The position numbers and the translations under genes are program-made. Below, piece after piece: positions 35,332 to 48,280 of a DNA stretch of 64,000 bases (position 1 is its first letter; the number at the start of each line of letters is the position of its first letter). The notes beneath the pieces were generated by a model. That model worked only from the letters and a program-made list of their open reading frames with translations. It did no database searches and was not told where the DNA came from. The stretch spans positions 186,001 through 250,000 of the forward strand of contig NIVC01001330.1 of NCBI GenBank assembly GCA_002269645.1, given 5' to 3'. This DNA comes from Macrostomum lignano. Its lineage: Eukaryota.

Positions 35332-35751
35332 ATGGCTACTAGTTTGGAATCAGAAGACTTTGATTTTAAACCTTGCTCAAGCAGGAAAGATATCGAACAT
35401 TTAATAGAAAACTTAAAGAACTACAACTTTCGAGACCAGATGCTTCAGAAAATGAAATGCAGAGATGGCACATCAGTGCAAGCCTTTGGGCTTTGCGCTG
35501 TCAAAATGTTGCTCACTAACAAAATGCAGTGCAGATTCAATAGGCATGGAATAGTAGGGAAGCTACAATGTATTTGTCCTTTAGAAGATCTTGTAAAATT
35601 GGCAGCCTGGCAGTCCCTTCCAGATGCAAAGGAAAAGTTGATCCAAAGTGGTATCAAGGCTGCTTTCAAAAATGCATTGGATCAAGACGGCGGTCGGCTA
35701 CACAGATCGCGAAATCAGAGGACTGCATTGCTAGCAATAATAGATTTGTGA
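35332..35751 (+). CDS. DUF4806-like domain ORF, probably the last exon of a transposon-associated gene
   Basis: Pattern LLTNKMQCRFNRHGIVGK...IKAAFKNALDQDGGRLHR recalls DUF4806 (FNW.G..GK...IK.WL..A.DR.GGR); upstream exons were not resolved. Confidence 0.5.
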   Translation: MATSLESEDFDFKPCSSRKDIEHLIENLKNYNFRDQMLQKMKCRDGTSVQAFGLCAVKMLLTNKMQCRFNRHGIVGKLQCICPLEDLVKLAAWQSLPDAKEKLIQSGIKAAFKNALDQDGGRLHRSRNQRTALLAIIDL

Positions 35752-37589
35752 AGTCATGCTTTTTTGTTAACTCTATCAGATGGCAAAAAGGTTAATCCAG
35801 CAGTCTGTATTTAGAACTCTCGAAATTTGGAACTGTTTCAGTTTAATTTTCATTTGGGTGCAATAACAATATCTTATATTGAAATTTTCACCAGTGTAAA
35901 CTGAATTGCTTTTTAATCTGGTGCTTTCTGGGTTTGCTTTCGGGAAGGAATTTTTATTCTTTCAATGTATCCATGAAGACGGCATAAAGCTTCTATCATA
36001 TTATCAACAAATTTTTATTTGCTAACTTTTGTGAATAATAGATTGACCTTTTGGCAATTATGTGCATTACTTGATTAGAGCTAAGAAAGTAGATGGTAGT
36101 CTAATATCTATAAAGAGGGTTATAGTTTGACAGATGATTTGAGAGTTTTGAAAGCTCTCTATCTTATAGGCTATATAGGCTATAGGCTATTGCTAATATT
36201 TGACAAGTGGGTTTAACAGAAGTCCCCTTTCTTGTTGAATTGTGTTTCATATGCCTAATGTTTAATATGAGTATCCTTCTCAGTACTTTGCTCAAGTCAT
36301 ATCTTTCTACTACTTTCTAATACCTTCTACTTTACCATATTTATCTTTTGCTTTATATGTAACTCGTATCTACAGGCTAAAAAATTTGCCAGCCATCAAA
36401 TTTAAAAAAAAAAATTAACCAAATTATGATTATGACTTGAAATTAAAACCTGATTTCACAACTAACATTTTTAGATTAAAACCTCACAAATGATCTTTAA
36501 TTGTGTTCATGTTTTTTTATGCCAAAGTGTCAATTTAATCTTGGGGGTAACTAATGGTAACTGGTGTCAGTCATTCCATCGTATAAATACATTTGATGAG
36601 TGCTAGCCAAAATCCTGGAAAAGAGTAATTGTATGGTATTTGCACAATAAAAATTTGTTGAGTTTTAGAAACCTTCACCTCAAATTTCTATGGTTGTAAT
36701 TACATGTAAGTAGGCTAAAAACAATAGCGGCTTGCAGGTGGCAGGCAAGCAAAATGAGCAGCATCAGAGTGGCAAGAGAGTGGCATGTGAGTGGTATGCA
36801 TGCCCTCTCAGTGGCATGTGAGCAGCAGTCAAGGGGCATTTTTAGTGCATGCCACCGTCAGCCCACTTGCCAGCCCGTGACGCATGCCGCCTGGCGGCTC
36901 ATGAGGAGTGCTACTAGCAAGTGCCACCAGTGGGCTGCCAACTTTTTCCCAGTGGGAGGTTTCCAGTGTTTTTGTACTTTTAATCAATGTTATCTCTAAA
37001 AAAACTAAAACTGTGTGGCACAAAATCCTAATAGCAAAATCTGTAAAGTACATATTATTTCTCAAGTGGCACAGCTGCATCGTTTTTTTCTATTGCTGTG
37101 GCCTGTGGAGTGATTTTAAGCAGAGTCATTTGGGCGGGGTATGGGTTGGGTGGGAATTTTGCATCTTCCTCTCTCCTCGGTTTGAACCTTTCACTCCAGC
37201 CAATGGGAGCTAGCTTTACGTAGGGGCCTCAGTCTCAGAATTACTTTTCATCAAAGGTAACATCAAACCAGTGTACTTTGCCCATAATACATATAATTTT
37301 GATAAAAGCAGGGCTGTATGGGCTGATATAAGTGTTTCATGAGCTAGCTAGCTAGCTATTTCCAAGTCGCGCTTATTACCCTACACATGGGTGATACTGA
37401 ATATAGTTTCCAAGAGGATTTGCTTAGTGGCAGCAAATTGCCTATGGAGAACAGTTCGACTGTAGCTGGCTGCTAACAGCAAAGCAGTTGTTTTTCGCCA
37501 ACAGCTATCAACTGGCAGCTTGCTCAAAGCAGATCGCCAGTGGCTTTGGACAATTTGCGATTGATCGCTGCTGAGTGCCAAGCAGCAGC

Positions 37590-38016
37590 ACTACCAGCAG
37601 CAGAACGTGGAGCATGGCAAAGGCAGGACTTTAGAGGGCACGAGAGAGAGAGACTCCACGCAAGTTACAAGAGGACCTACGACACACTCAGAATGGCCAG
37701 CCAGCCCCACTTTAAGAGCAGGGCTGAAGTGGTTAGTTTCAGAAGGATGAGGACAGGACATTCCTTAGAGCTACAAAGCTATTGTAAGAGAATTGGCAGA
37801 GGGACGAACAATAGATGTACAATTGTAGGAGGAAGAAGAGCTTATTGAACACGTGATAGAGTGCCTTGGCCCAAAAGAGAAGCGGCTAGATTGTTCAACC
37901 TTAAGGACCTACAAGACAAATCAGAAGAAGCTTTGAGCTACTGGAATTGGCACAGAGCAGTGGATGTAGATAGGGAGTGAACAAATCGTATTCTTTAGGA
38001 CTGACAACAACAATAA
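37590..38016 (+). mobile_element. Non-LTR retrotransposon 3' fragment 1
   Basis: RAEVVSFRRMRTGHSLELQSYCKRIG...C motif of the LINE ORF2 C-terminus, ending in an ACAACAACAAT tail. Confidence 0.65.
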
Positions 38017-38019
38017 GGC

Positions 38020-38275
38020 CTTAGATTTTATGCCCACCAGCTGGGCCTGTGCGACACCAATACCTGCAGGCTATGTATGATGGCACTGGAGACCAACACA
38101 CACGTGGCCCTGGAGTGTGTAAAGATGGAAAAGGCCCGCCGCATCCTTGGTATTACGCTTCTCGCAGATCTATGCAGCAGCCCGCAATGCTGGTCGCAAG
38201 CTGTTGGCGGAATTTAATGAAAGAGTCAAAGACAAACCAAACCCTCAGTTTGATAAACACTAAAGAAACAACACC
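38020..38275 (+). mobile_element. Non-LTR retrotransposon 3' fragment 2 (CCHC region)
   Basis: Frame reads GLCDTNTCRLCMMALETNTHVALECVKMEKARRILGITLLADLC, followed by an ACAACACCA tail. Confidence 0.55.
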
Positions 38276-40267
38276 AGCAGCAGCATCGGCTGGTCGAATG
38301 CTTTTCTGTGCATTCAGCACTAAGTGCGTCATTTGCAACTCGCAACTTATGCAGTACATTCAACAAAGACACCAAGGTGAGATTAAGTTCCTGATGGGAA
38401 AGTATAATGAGACCCAGGAGGCTGTTGTTGCACAGATTCACTTAGTTGTAGTTCACTTATTCAGCAATGCATTCACTTTCCCAGTTACCTATTCACTCAT
38501 TCAGCAATGCATTCACTTTCCCGGTCACCTATTCATATATTTCGTCATAATTAGCCAGCTATCGTGGTTATGTGGTTTTTCAGCAGTCCATTTTTTGTTT
38601 TTTGATATAAATAGTTATTTTTATTATCTACTTTTTGTTAGATCAACGAATATTTGCCGGCTCAGAGCTTCGGTCCACTGAAAGAGACAGTTAGCATCCT
38701 GCAAAAGGTGGCTACGTTTCTGCGAGCCTATAGGTTGCAAGACGTTGCTGCTTCTGGGCTTCAGCTGGACTTGGAAGTTTCGGCGCGAGCTGTACCTTAT
38801 GGATAAAGTATTACCTTCAAAGAAAGAAAGTTTACGAGGCTCGCCACAGGGTAAGCAAATTTAACATGTCATATATCACTCGCTTTAAAGTGCAAATAAT
38901 TCTTTTTAAAAGAAGTACATGCTACACTGGAGCTAGCAATATCCTTGTAGGGTTTCACTAAAGTATTTTTAAACTGTTAGGAACAAACTATAGAAAAATC
39001 AACTATATATTTATATGCACTGCAATCGAAATGAGCATGTACATGATAATACAGTTTATTACATGCTTGATTTAATGATGAAAGCTTCATTCTTTTATTA
39101 CTTATGGTAATATATGAGCTACAATTTGTCCTAAGAATATATATCTGGCAAACAGTTTTTACTGGTAGATATAGCGTAAACTTGTATTACTAGTGTAAAA
39201 TTTGTGTGCTTTTGACAATGATCAAACAAAAATGAGTTAAAATAAATAAATTAATCATACATTTCACAGGATTGGAACAATGAGTGAGTGCTTTCTGACA
39301 AGCAGATCCTGGCCATTGTCAAGATGAAGGAGGACAGCCTGAAAGCAGCGGAGGACAATGAGAAAGTGGGCACAATGACATACCTAGCCATTGGAATGTG
39401 CCTCAGTTTTGGCAAGGGCAATGCCAATCGACAAGATATTGTTAACTGTACAGTCGCGGATGGAATCAGATGGCTTGAGGATCCCAAAAAGGAACTAAAG
39501 GTGAGTGGAAATAATGACCAGAGTTTTTTTATCAAGTTCTAAACTTCCATTAGGAACGACTAGAAAACCAATTAGCACCCTGCCACTATCTTCCCACTGA
39601 CTTTATTCAGGTGTACTGTCTTTATCTCTAACCATGTACTCAGTCATCAATCAACCTAACTAATAAAAACCATTCATTGTTCATGCAAACGAATTGTTCT
39701 ATATCAGTAACAAACCTAATTAAGTTACATTATTTCAAAATTTTAATGACAGAAAAATGTCCCTTTTCTTTATGTGGAAAGCCACAAGATGGACTCCGAA
39801 TACAGGTCGCCAAGATAAACGTGAGCGTGTCACCAGATGCTTCAGAAGGTCATTGAAGAATGCGTCAAAGAAGGCACAGACCCTAAGGAGCATCTGCTTC
39901 AAATTTCCTATGGCGATTTTGGCAGACTATTTGCGGCATACATAGAAAAGTTCAAACCAACTCTTAATGGGGTCACACATACAGACTTCTGCAAATTTGT
40001 CAAGACTAGGGTAAGTTTCTAGACTTTGTCTAAATGACAATATATTTTGCCTATTCTCTGACTTCGTCACATTCTTAGGCAATAAGGGTTCACTCATTTA
40101 GCAATGCATTCACTTTCCTTTCACAGTCACCTTGTTCACTTATTTACCAATCCATTCACTTTCCCAGTCATATATTCACTCATTCAGCAATGCATTCACT
40201 TTCCTAGTCACCTGTTCACTCATTCAGCAATCCATTCACTTTCACAGCTACCTGTTCACTCATTCAG

Positions 40268-43200
40268 GGTATGCAGGTTCTAGATCAGATTCTAGAACAG
40301 CCTACTAGAAAGTTGACAACTGAAAGTGCCACTAAATCAGCAATTGAATATCACACGTGAGATGAATAAAATTTATTAGCATCCCTATGAAAAATTGGCC
40401 CGAATTTTCGCCCGAAAACATATGAAATTGGGCCCGGAACTTTAAATTTGCGGGTGAAAACTAAAAAGCGGTCGATTCACCCGGAAAGCACGCCGACAAA
40501 ACGGTTGAAACTAAATCGGGCGAAAAAGCGGGACTCTCGCCCGGAAAGCGGGGAAAGCAGAAACCCAGACGTGCGGGTCTCTAGCCCGTTTTTTTCTAAA
40601 AGCGTGTCCTGAGGGACTTTGACGTGACGATGCAGATTAAAAATGGGTTTAAATCAATATAGCTAAACGAGTAGGAAGCTAGGTGCCCAGGTTCCAAGAT
40701 TCAACCGTACATGTATGTTTATTATTTTAAAAAGTACTATTATAGGAGTTTATATATCGATCACAAATGGTGGGAAATAATGTGTCGAAATCATTACTTC
40801 CATGTCCATGCCCTTCCATGCCCTTTTGGGGAATCTTTTTGCATGCTAATCTTTAATTTTTTACACGAGCCGCGTCTGGGGACTGCGTTTAAAATTTTGA
40901 CGCGGCTGAGATGCGGCTGGCGACATGGAAGTGAAATCATTTACAATCGCTTACTATAAATACCTGTTTCTGAATAAGCTATTCACAGGCTAAAATCTAT
41001 TTTTATTAAGTATTTGCTGTGCTTTTCACTCTTTCATTGCGCTGACCAATGTGAAAAAAGCTAGGAAACTATTTTGTTTGTTTTTGTTACTCGAAAAATA
41101 TTTAAATTTCAGACGCCACGTTTTCAGAACTTCGATATTGTATGTGCTAGCTAGTGAAGCGTGTTTTGTTACTTTTGTATTAATTTATCATAATCTAACA
41201 GACAAAGTTTATTTAACTTCAAAAATAGTCAATGTGAATTATTTCACTAAATGAGTCAATAGCAAGGACTGACCCCCTGCCCCTGCCCTGGTTCAGGAAT
41301 TGGCAGTCACATAGTTAATTATAATTTAATTAAGTCCAGTAATTAGCCTATTTATTTATTTCTTAAAGTTAGTAAAAATAGAAAATAATTTAGAAAACTT
41401 ATCCTGATTAATATTTCACCTATAATGAAGATAGTATTGTATATGAGCACAGAGAGCTTGCTGAATGGTAAAAAGTTTTAGAACATAAGTAACAAATCAA
41501 TTTAAAAAACCATTTATAAAGTCCAAATATAGCTCGTAAAACTCTGAGTAGCATTAATATAATTTTTGCTTTTTCAAGTTTGTATAGTCTATATAGTACT
41601 TTTTAGAAAGCTATGTATTCACATTATTTTTTAATCTGTATGCTTTTTGTATTTTATTTAATATAATTTTGATAACTTATTATATTCTAAGGGAACCTAA
41701 AGCCTAGAACTGAGCATTTTTCAAGGAAGCTAATAACTTGAAAAAGTTTTGCAATTTAACATATTCCCAGAGATAAAGGCCCTTATATCTTATAAATAAG
41801 CCTTCTTTTTGCTCTTATATGAATGTTTTAGATCTAATAATCTGAATATGTTTTGTAGAATAAACATTTACCATCAGATTTAACATTCCAAGCACTGTAC
41901 TTATACCATTATAATTAAAGAAAAATTATTAATAATCAATTTTGTTGCCTTTTAATTTAGGTTTAGATTTTATTGCTCAATAAACAGAATTTTAGCATCA
42001 TCATACCATGCTCCTAAGTCATTTATGCTATGTATACATGCCCCTCAGCCAAGTTTTCCTCTGGCCATTAATGTCTGATGACATTGGACTGCTAAGCGTC
42101 GTCGCCGGGATTATGCCGTGCACTACAGGACTGGTGTTAGGCGACATACTCCAGCCCAAACAGTCTATTTTAAAGTCATGTAAAATCACAAAATCCGAGC
42201 TGCAGTGTGCCTACTCCCGATGCCGAGAGGGCCAACTACTGAGAAAGACCAGCATCGCTAGAAAGGCGACGAAGACCAAACCAGGTGATGTTTTCATTTT
42301 TTTGTATTGTAGTGTTGTTTAAAACGTTATTGACGCTTTTCTGCAACTGCGCCCCCTTCTACTCCAGGTGCGCTGCTTCGATTAGCTGGTGCTGCAGCAT
42401 CTCAGCTGCCAGAATCTGCTGTTACGCCACCCAGCACCAGGCTCACAACCAGTGACACTGCTAACATGTTCAATCAAGCGCAGTATCGCATCCTGTCGCT
42501 CGCTGAGTTATAAATCTATACCTAAACTTTGAACTTATGAATTTCTATCGCATTTGCTTTTGTTCTACACTGATTTGTTTTTTTCATTGCTTCGTAATGT
42601 GGCTGCGACTGGGAGGGAGGGATCTCGAAGTCACCTTAATTTGCACCAGACCCCATTACTGATCTCGGTTCTTCCTATCCTTCCGAATGTTGCTATTTCC
42701 CCCTCACATCGTTTCTCTCCTTTCTCCATGGTCGCGCTAATACTTTCCCTATCTTAGCTATTTCACATGTGCATTCTGTGTGCACCCCTCTCCTTGCACT
42801 CTGTGCCTTAGATCTACCTCTTTTCAGTCGCAAACGTACTAGTATATTTGGTCATTTCTTAGCTGCAAATGCCCTATAAATACAGTTAGTTATTTCTCCT
42901 TTTTATGGTTTTCTTCAGAATTTCTCTACGTCAAGCCCCTTCATGTTATCTTCTTTACAACTTTGTTTGTTTCTGTTTCGATTCTTTTCTTAACCCTCCT
43001 TTGCTTTTATTACTTTAATGCTTTAATGCTTTTGCTTACTGAACGTATTGAATGCATACATTAAATATTTAAATAAACTATCGCGCACACTTTTTCTTAT
43101 TATGTGGCCAAGCTTAAACATTTCTATCTAGATCTAGATTTCTTATTGAATCCCTCCAGAATTGCCTTATTTTTCTTCTCGATACATGTAGCTCTCTTGG

Positions 43201-44520
43201 AGGGGGTCATTTAGCTCGTACATGCAAAATCTTCCTATTCAACTAGATACAAGTTTTATTACAGTATGAAAAGTGGCAGTCACCGTAATTAAGTTTATGC
43301 CCTCTAAAAACTTACTATAATATCGTGCACTATCACTAAGACCAAAAGCAGGAAATATGACCAGCTCTTCGGGCCGGATTTGCAAGCAAAATATCGGTTA
43401 ACTGGCCCGGATTTTTCGGCGCAAAATAATTCTGGGTGAATCGCCCGTAAATATTCGGGTATAAATGCGGGTGCATGCACGGGTGCATCGCCCGAAAAAC
43501 GAACTTTTCGTAACGATTCCGGGCCAGTAGCCCGGCAATTTTTACACCCGCAAAGTGCTGACGATTTCGGGTGAAGAGTAGGGTGAAAATTCGGGCCAAT
43601 TTTTCATAGGGATTCTACGAACAGCTTGAAGTCCAAGACGATGGGCTACTAGTCATTTATCTTGACAATGTTGGCAAGGAAGAGATGGCCTAGATCCTTC
43701 TGCCAGAGTCTTGATGCCACGGTGTTCGCTGACCTGCATGGTTTGCCCAACTGCAGACACATGGGCCGAGACCTCACCATCGCGAAAGTGCACAAAAGGT
43801 TCTGGCAACCTGCCCTGGCCAAGGCTGTCTGACTATGTCGCTACTTGCCAAACCTGCACTCAGAGCAAAGGACAGCAATGAATTCTGGCACATGTACAAT
43901 TGTTTCAGGTCTGTAAAATCTATAGGCAATGTGCTATCGACATCTTGGGATCCACTGGAGATCCGACAGACCAAGGCAACAAGTACATCCTGACCTATGT
44001 TGACACCACATCAAAATACCCCTTTGCTTTTGCCTTGAAGAATCAGTGTGCCAAGACAATAATAACTTTCCTGCAAGACCAAGTATTTCCAATCACTGGA
44101 ATCCCAGCAATGGATTCACCCTGATCAAGGAAAACAGTTTGCAGGGCACGAGTTCTAGCATTTCTGTAAAGTATATGGCATCCAACAGACTACGACGCTG
44201 CCATATCAACAGTCAAAGCCACAATTGAGCATTCAATCAGCGCTGCAGTTGAGTAAGCAGCCCGTCCAGCAATCAAATCTGCAAAGAGACTATCACAGTG
44301 TCATCCGAATGCTTGTGGAAACTCGTGGAGCAGAGGTAGAGAAGCTACGCTTTCACATTGAACAATACACATTGAAGGTGGCATACCACCGAGACAATAC
44401 CCGACAGTACTATCCCTAGGGATTGCAAATTTGGCCACATTTGAAGTTCCCAAGGGAATAGTTCAGCCATCAAGAGGCCGTATCCATCCTCCAGGATGTC
44501 ACCCACCACTTTCAGAGGGC
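40268..44520 (+). mobile_element. Degenerate Ty3/Gypsy pol (integrase) relic, interrupted by the 40383-43611 insertion
   Basis: HHCC finger LHGLPNCRHMGRDLTIAKVHKRFWQPALAKAV..YVATCQTC; rve core IDILG...QGNKYILTYVD..SKYPFAFALKNQ..TGIP; several stops and frameshifts. Confidence 0.85.
40383..43611. mobile_element. Non-autonomous EnSpm/CMC-like DNA transposon, 3229 bp
   Basis: About 30-bp TIR CCCTATGAAAAATTGGCCCGAATTTTC(G/A)CCC at both ends, 2-bp AT target duplication, dense subterminal GCCCG/CGGG repeats; no transposase seen. Confidence 0.85.
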
Positions 44521-46106
44521 CAGAAGAACCAATCTGACTAGCTAGAATTATAGTCAGAAATTAGCTAAAGAAATCATACAATAATGGAAGAATTTGACGC
44601 CAATGCGTTCAATGAGTTATTAGCCCACTTTACAGTTGACCTATGCCAAGATGAAGAGGCGGTAGATGCCCAGCCAAAGCAGGAGGCAGTAGATGCCTAG
44701 CCGAGAGGAGGCGGTGCATGTCCAGCAGCTGAGGGGAGAGGCAGTATATGCCCAGCCAAAGAAAGAAGAGGTGATGTACACCTAGCAAGAGGCAGAAAAA
44801 AACAGTTCAAGCTTCATCAAGTGAGGTGGTAGATACCCAGAGAAGCACCAGACTAAAATCAATAGTTATTAAGAAGATGCCACCTGTGCTGCACCACCCT
44901 GAGGCACGGCAAGCCCTGCTGAAGTGGCAGGCCGAAAAGACAGTAGTGCCCAAGGCATCTCTAATCAACTACTATCTGGCCAGGTCAGCACCCACACAAT
45001 ATATGCGGGTAAAGAAGCAAAGGTTTATCTAGTCTAAGCTGCCACAGCAAAGCCAACAGCAAGAGCCACCAACACATGCCAGGTCAAGACTGCCATTGTC
45101 AGCCAATATACCGCCAGTGTTCAACCAGCAAGTACTGAGATTGGGGCAACTGGCAGCGCCCAAGACCCCGCCGGCGGTGCACGCCAACCAGCAACCAGCC
45201 TCGCAGGATCTGATGGCATATGGTGCCAACTATTCGAATATCCTGGTGGGGATTCCAGGCAGCCAGCACAAAGATTACAAGCAGTTAATCGATTGGCTAA
45301 AGTTATACTACATGCGTGTGGTGCTCTTGAGGCTCAATGGCAGAGGCTTCCTGCCCCAAACTGATAAACTGACCCCGCTCCCGAGACCTGCAGGCCATGT
45401 ACAAACAAGCCGTGATGTATACCATTCAGTGTATAATGCAATTAGGATGGGTGCATCAGCAAATGCAATTGGGACATGCAAGGTTTGCTAGATAGCAAAA
45501 TTCATTAGCTGGCCGGTACAGCATAGTCTATCTATCAAGTTCAGTATGAACATAAATAACTAAGTGACAATGTTGCTTATTGCCTATGCTCATTGCTTAT
45601 GTGCCTATGCTTGCTTATTATATTGCTTACATGATCATATTTATATAGTCATGCTCATTTTGTTTACTAGCATTGCATATATTGGATATATCTCGCGTAT
45701 ATATGCCTATGCTTATCTTATTGCTCATTGCTCATGCTTTGGTTATTATATTGCTCATATACTGCTTAATGCTCATATTTTCATGCGCATGCTCAATGTA
45801 TATATGTTCCACTCATATTTATCTCTGTTTATTTCATTCACCTATGCTCACTTGTATGCTTATACTTATCTTTTTATACTAGTTATAATACTATATTGCT
45901 TTAAAATTTTCTCATTCACATGTTTTTAGTTTTTTTTCAAAAATTTAAGTAGAAAAGCCAATTGAGGCAGTGTTTAAGTAATCTATCATTTTTACTAATA
46001 GTAGTCAACTGAAAATCATTCTTCCCAACCAATCAAATAATTCTCCTTTAATTTGTTTAAATTTTATCTCTTTTGTTTTGAGTCGTATTAAAGGTTGATT
46101 GAATTT

Positions 46107-46146
46107 GCCCTGAAGACATCTTGTGTTTGACGAAACGCGTTGGCCA
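46107..46146 (+). ncRNA. Minimal type I hammerhead ribozyme motif (Penelope-like), probably decayed
   Basis: GCC-CTGAAGA-C-ATC-TTGTGTTT-GAC-GAAAC-GCGT-T-GGC: core boxes present, palindromic stem III, stem I GCC/GGC, one mismatch in stem II. Confidence 0.5.
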
Positions 46147-46750
46147 GAATTAAACAAAGTTTACTTTTTATGTTTTGTTAACGTTTATTTTCCTACTATT
46201 TGTTAGATGAGCTACACTTCTACAATTCTTATTAAATTGTTATAATTTGCTAATTTTGTTTAAATGCATGTTCCCTTCCCTAAAAAATTAGTATATAAAG
46301 GATGGATGTCATACAAGCGCAACAGTCGGCCGAGTTGGCCAATCTGGCTGATCAATTTGGCAGCCAATCAAGGAAGTTGCAAAAATGCCCACCCGAAAAA
46401 ATACCAAATTAGTACTACTAAGTAGCTGACGAGGCATTTTGATTTATAAGACAGTCATAGTTACTCCTGCTGTCTACCCAAAGTTGCGTTAATTTTGCTC
46501 TATGGCTTTTTTACATGAAGGTCACATTTTTGGCCAAAAACTATGTTGCATTTTTGTTAAAACTAAGTCACATCGCCGACCAAATTTTGGAGTTTGCGCA
46601 TGTATGATGAATGTAGGGTATAGGCCAATCCCAAAATAAAATCAACCTTTGCTTTTGATGGCTCTTTACCTTCTCTTGCCATTTTTGAGAAGCTCTTGGT
46701 GAAACAAATTTAAAATTTGGCTAAGACTTATCTTGTTATTTCTTTAAGAA

Positions 46751-46865
46751 TAGGAAAACTAGAGGTTTTGGAGACCTAGAACTAGGAATCTAAATAGGGA
46801 AACTAGAGGTCGTGGAGACTTAGAACTAGGAGTCTAAATAGGGAAACTAGAGGTCATGGAGACTA
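46751..46865. repeat. About 2.5 x 44-bp tandem repeat (TAGGGAAACTAGAGGTCGTGGAGACTTAGAACTAGGAGTCTAAA)
   Basis: Direct inspection. Confidence 0.85.
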
Positions 46866-48280
46866 TTTCAGAAATGTCTATCTTATCTAGGTCTGGGATA
46901 AGCCTTATTTATTCATCTTCATCATTCATTAATTGAAGCCTATAGTTTCTATTAAGTCATTTGTCTGCAAGGAATAAAACAACCAGTCAGTCTCATCTCA
47001 AAGAAAGCTTTGAGACCTCAACATTCCATAATACAAAATTATGGTAGTGGTAGTGCTACACTTTTAGAAGTAACTAATGAAACACATTAGCAAACATTGG
47101 AATTTACAATGTCTAAGGACCCAACTGAATGACTATGCCTGCTTGACTGCAATTACAACTACCTTCCCCTGGAATTGAGGACCTGGCAGATGGAACATCA
47201 AAAGAGAAAAGTGGCTTGAATCATTCAATGAAATTTTCCAGCTTGATGAGTGCTAAAGGCAACAATTCAAAATTCAAACCCCAAATTTTACTTTCTTTTA
47301 TCCCACCTCAATCATAAATATTTGTAATAACATGTCAAATACATGTAGTCATTTTGGTAACAAATTGCTTTTATGAAAGACACTAACTTTGCCTTTGCCG
47401 CCCTTTGGTGACAAGTTTAAGATTTGGTAAATGACAATTTTATTTTATAATATCAGTTTAAAGTTATTTTGCTAACAATTATATTTTGTAATGCCTATGG
47501 CTATGCTTTATTAAAACATTATAAACTTAGGATAATTACAAATGGCATAAACAAAACATATTCATCATTCATTTATTTTTGTGTAGTGTAAGTGTAGATC
47601 ATTTAGTTTAGAATAATCTAAAAATCTTTAGACAATACATTACTTGAATATCTTTATCTTAAAGGTATATTCAAAAAGCTAAATAATAAATATTCATGCA
47701 AATTATAGGTTACGGAAAATGTATACTGTCTATGTCTATACAACAAAAGGTTTCAAAATTACAACAAGCATACATTCTATAAAATTAATTAGGAAATAAA
47801 TAAAACATTAATTTAATTAATTTAATGATCAGACCTTAAAAGTCTGACTCTAATTCTAAATAATAGCCACAGTTTTATCACAAAATAAAGATTACAAAGA
47901 TAATTTTAGCTTTCAACCAAAATGACATGTGAACGCGGTGAACACCGCCGCGTGGCACAGATTCTAGGAAACCCTTGTCAGTCAAATTATTAAAAACGGG
48001 GATTAAATTCGTATAACAATTTTTTTGGGCAATAAAAATTTGTGAAAGAAAAAATTCGCCGACAAAAACCAATTCCTTTTCTAAAGTTAAAATACTAAAT
48101 TGATTTTAATTAATTTGTTAAAAAACTGCAACATATACTTGTTACTAAGAGACACTTAAAATTGAAACGATAAATGTGTTACCATTTTAATTCCGAAAGG
48201 CTACTACCTAAGGGTATAGTTTTTATCATCCGAGCTTATTCTTCGTTTTTTGGTGATTTCTACCACAAAAGTCAGTGAAA

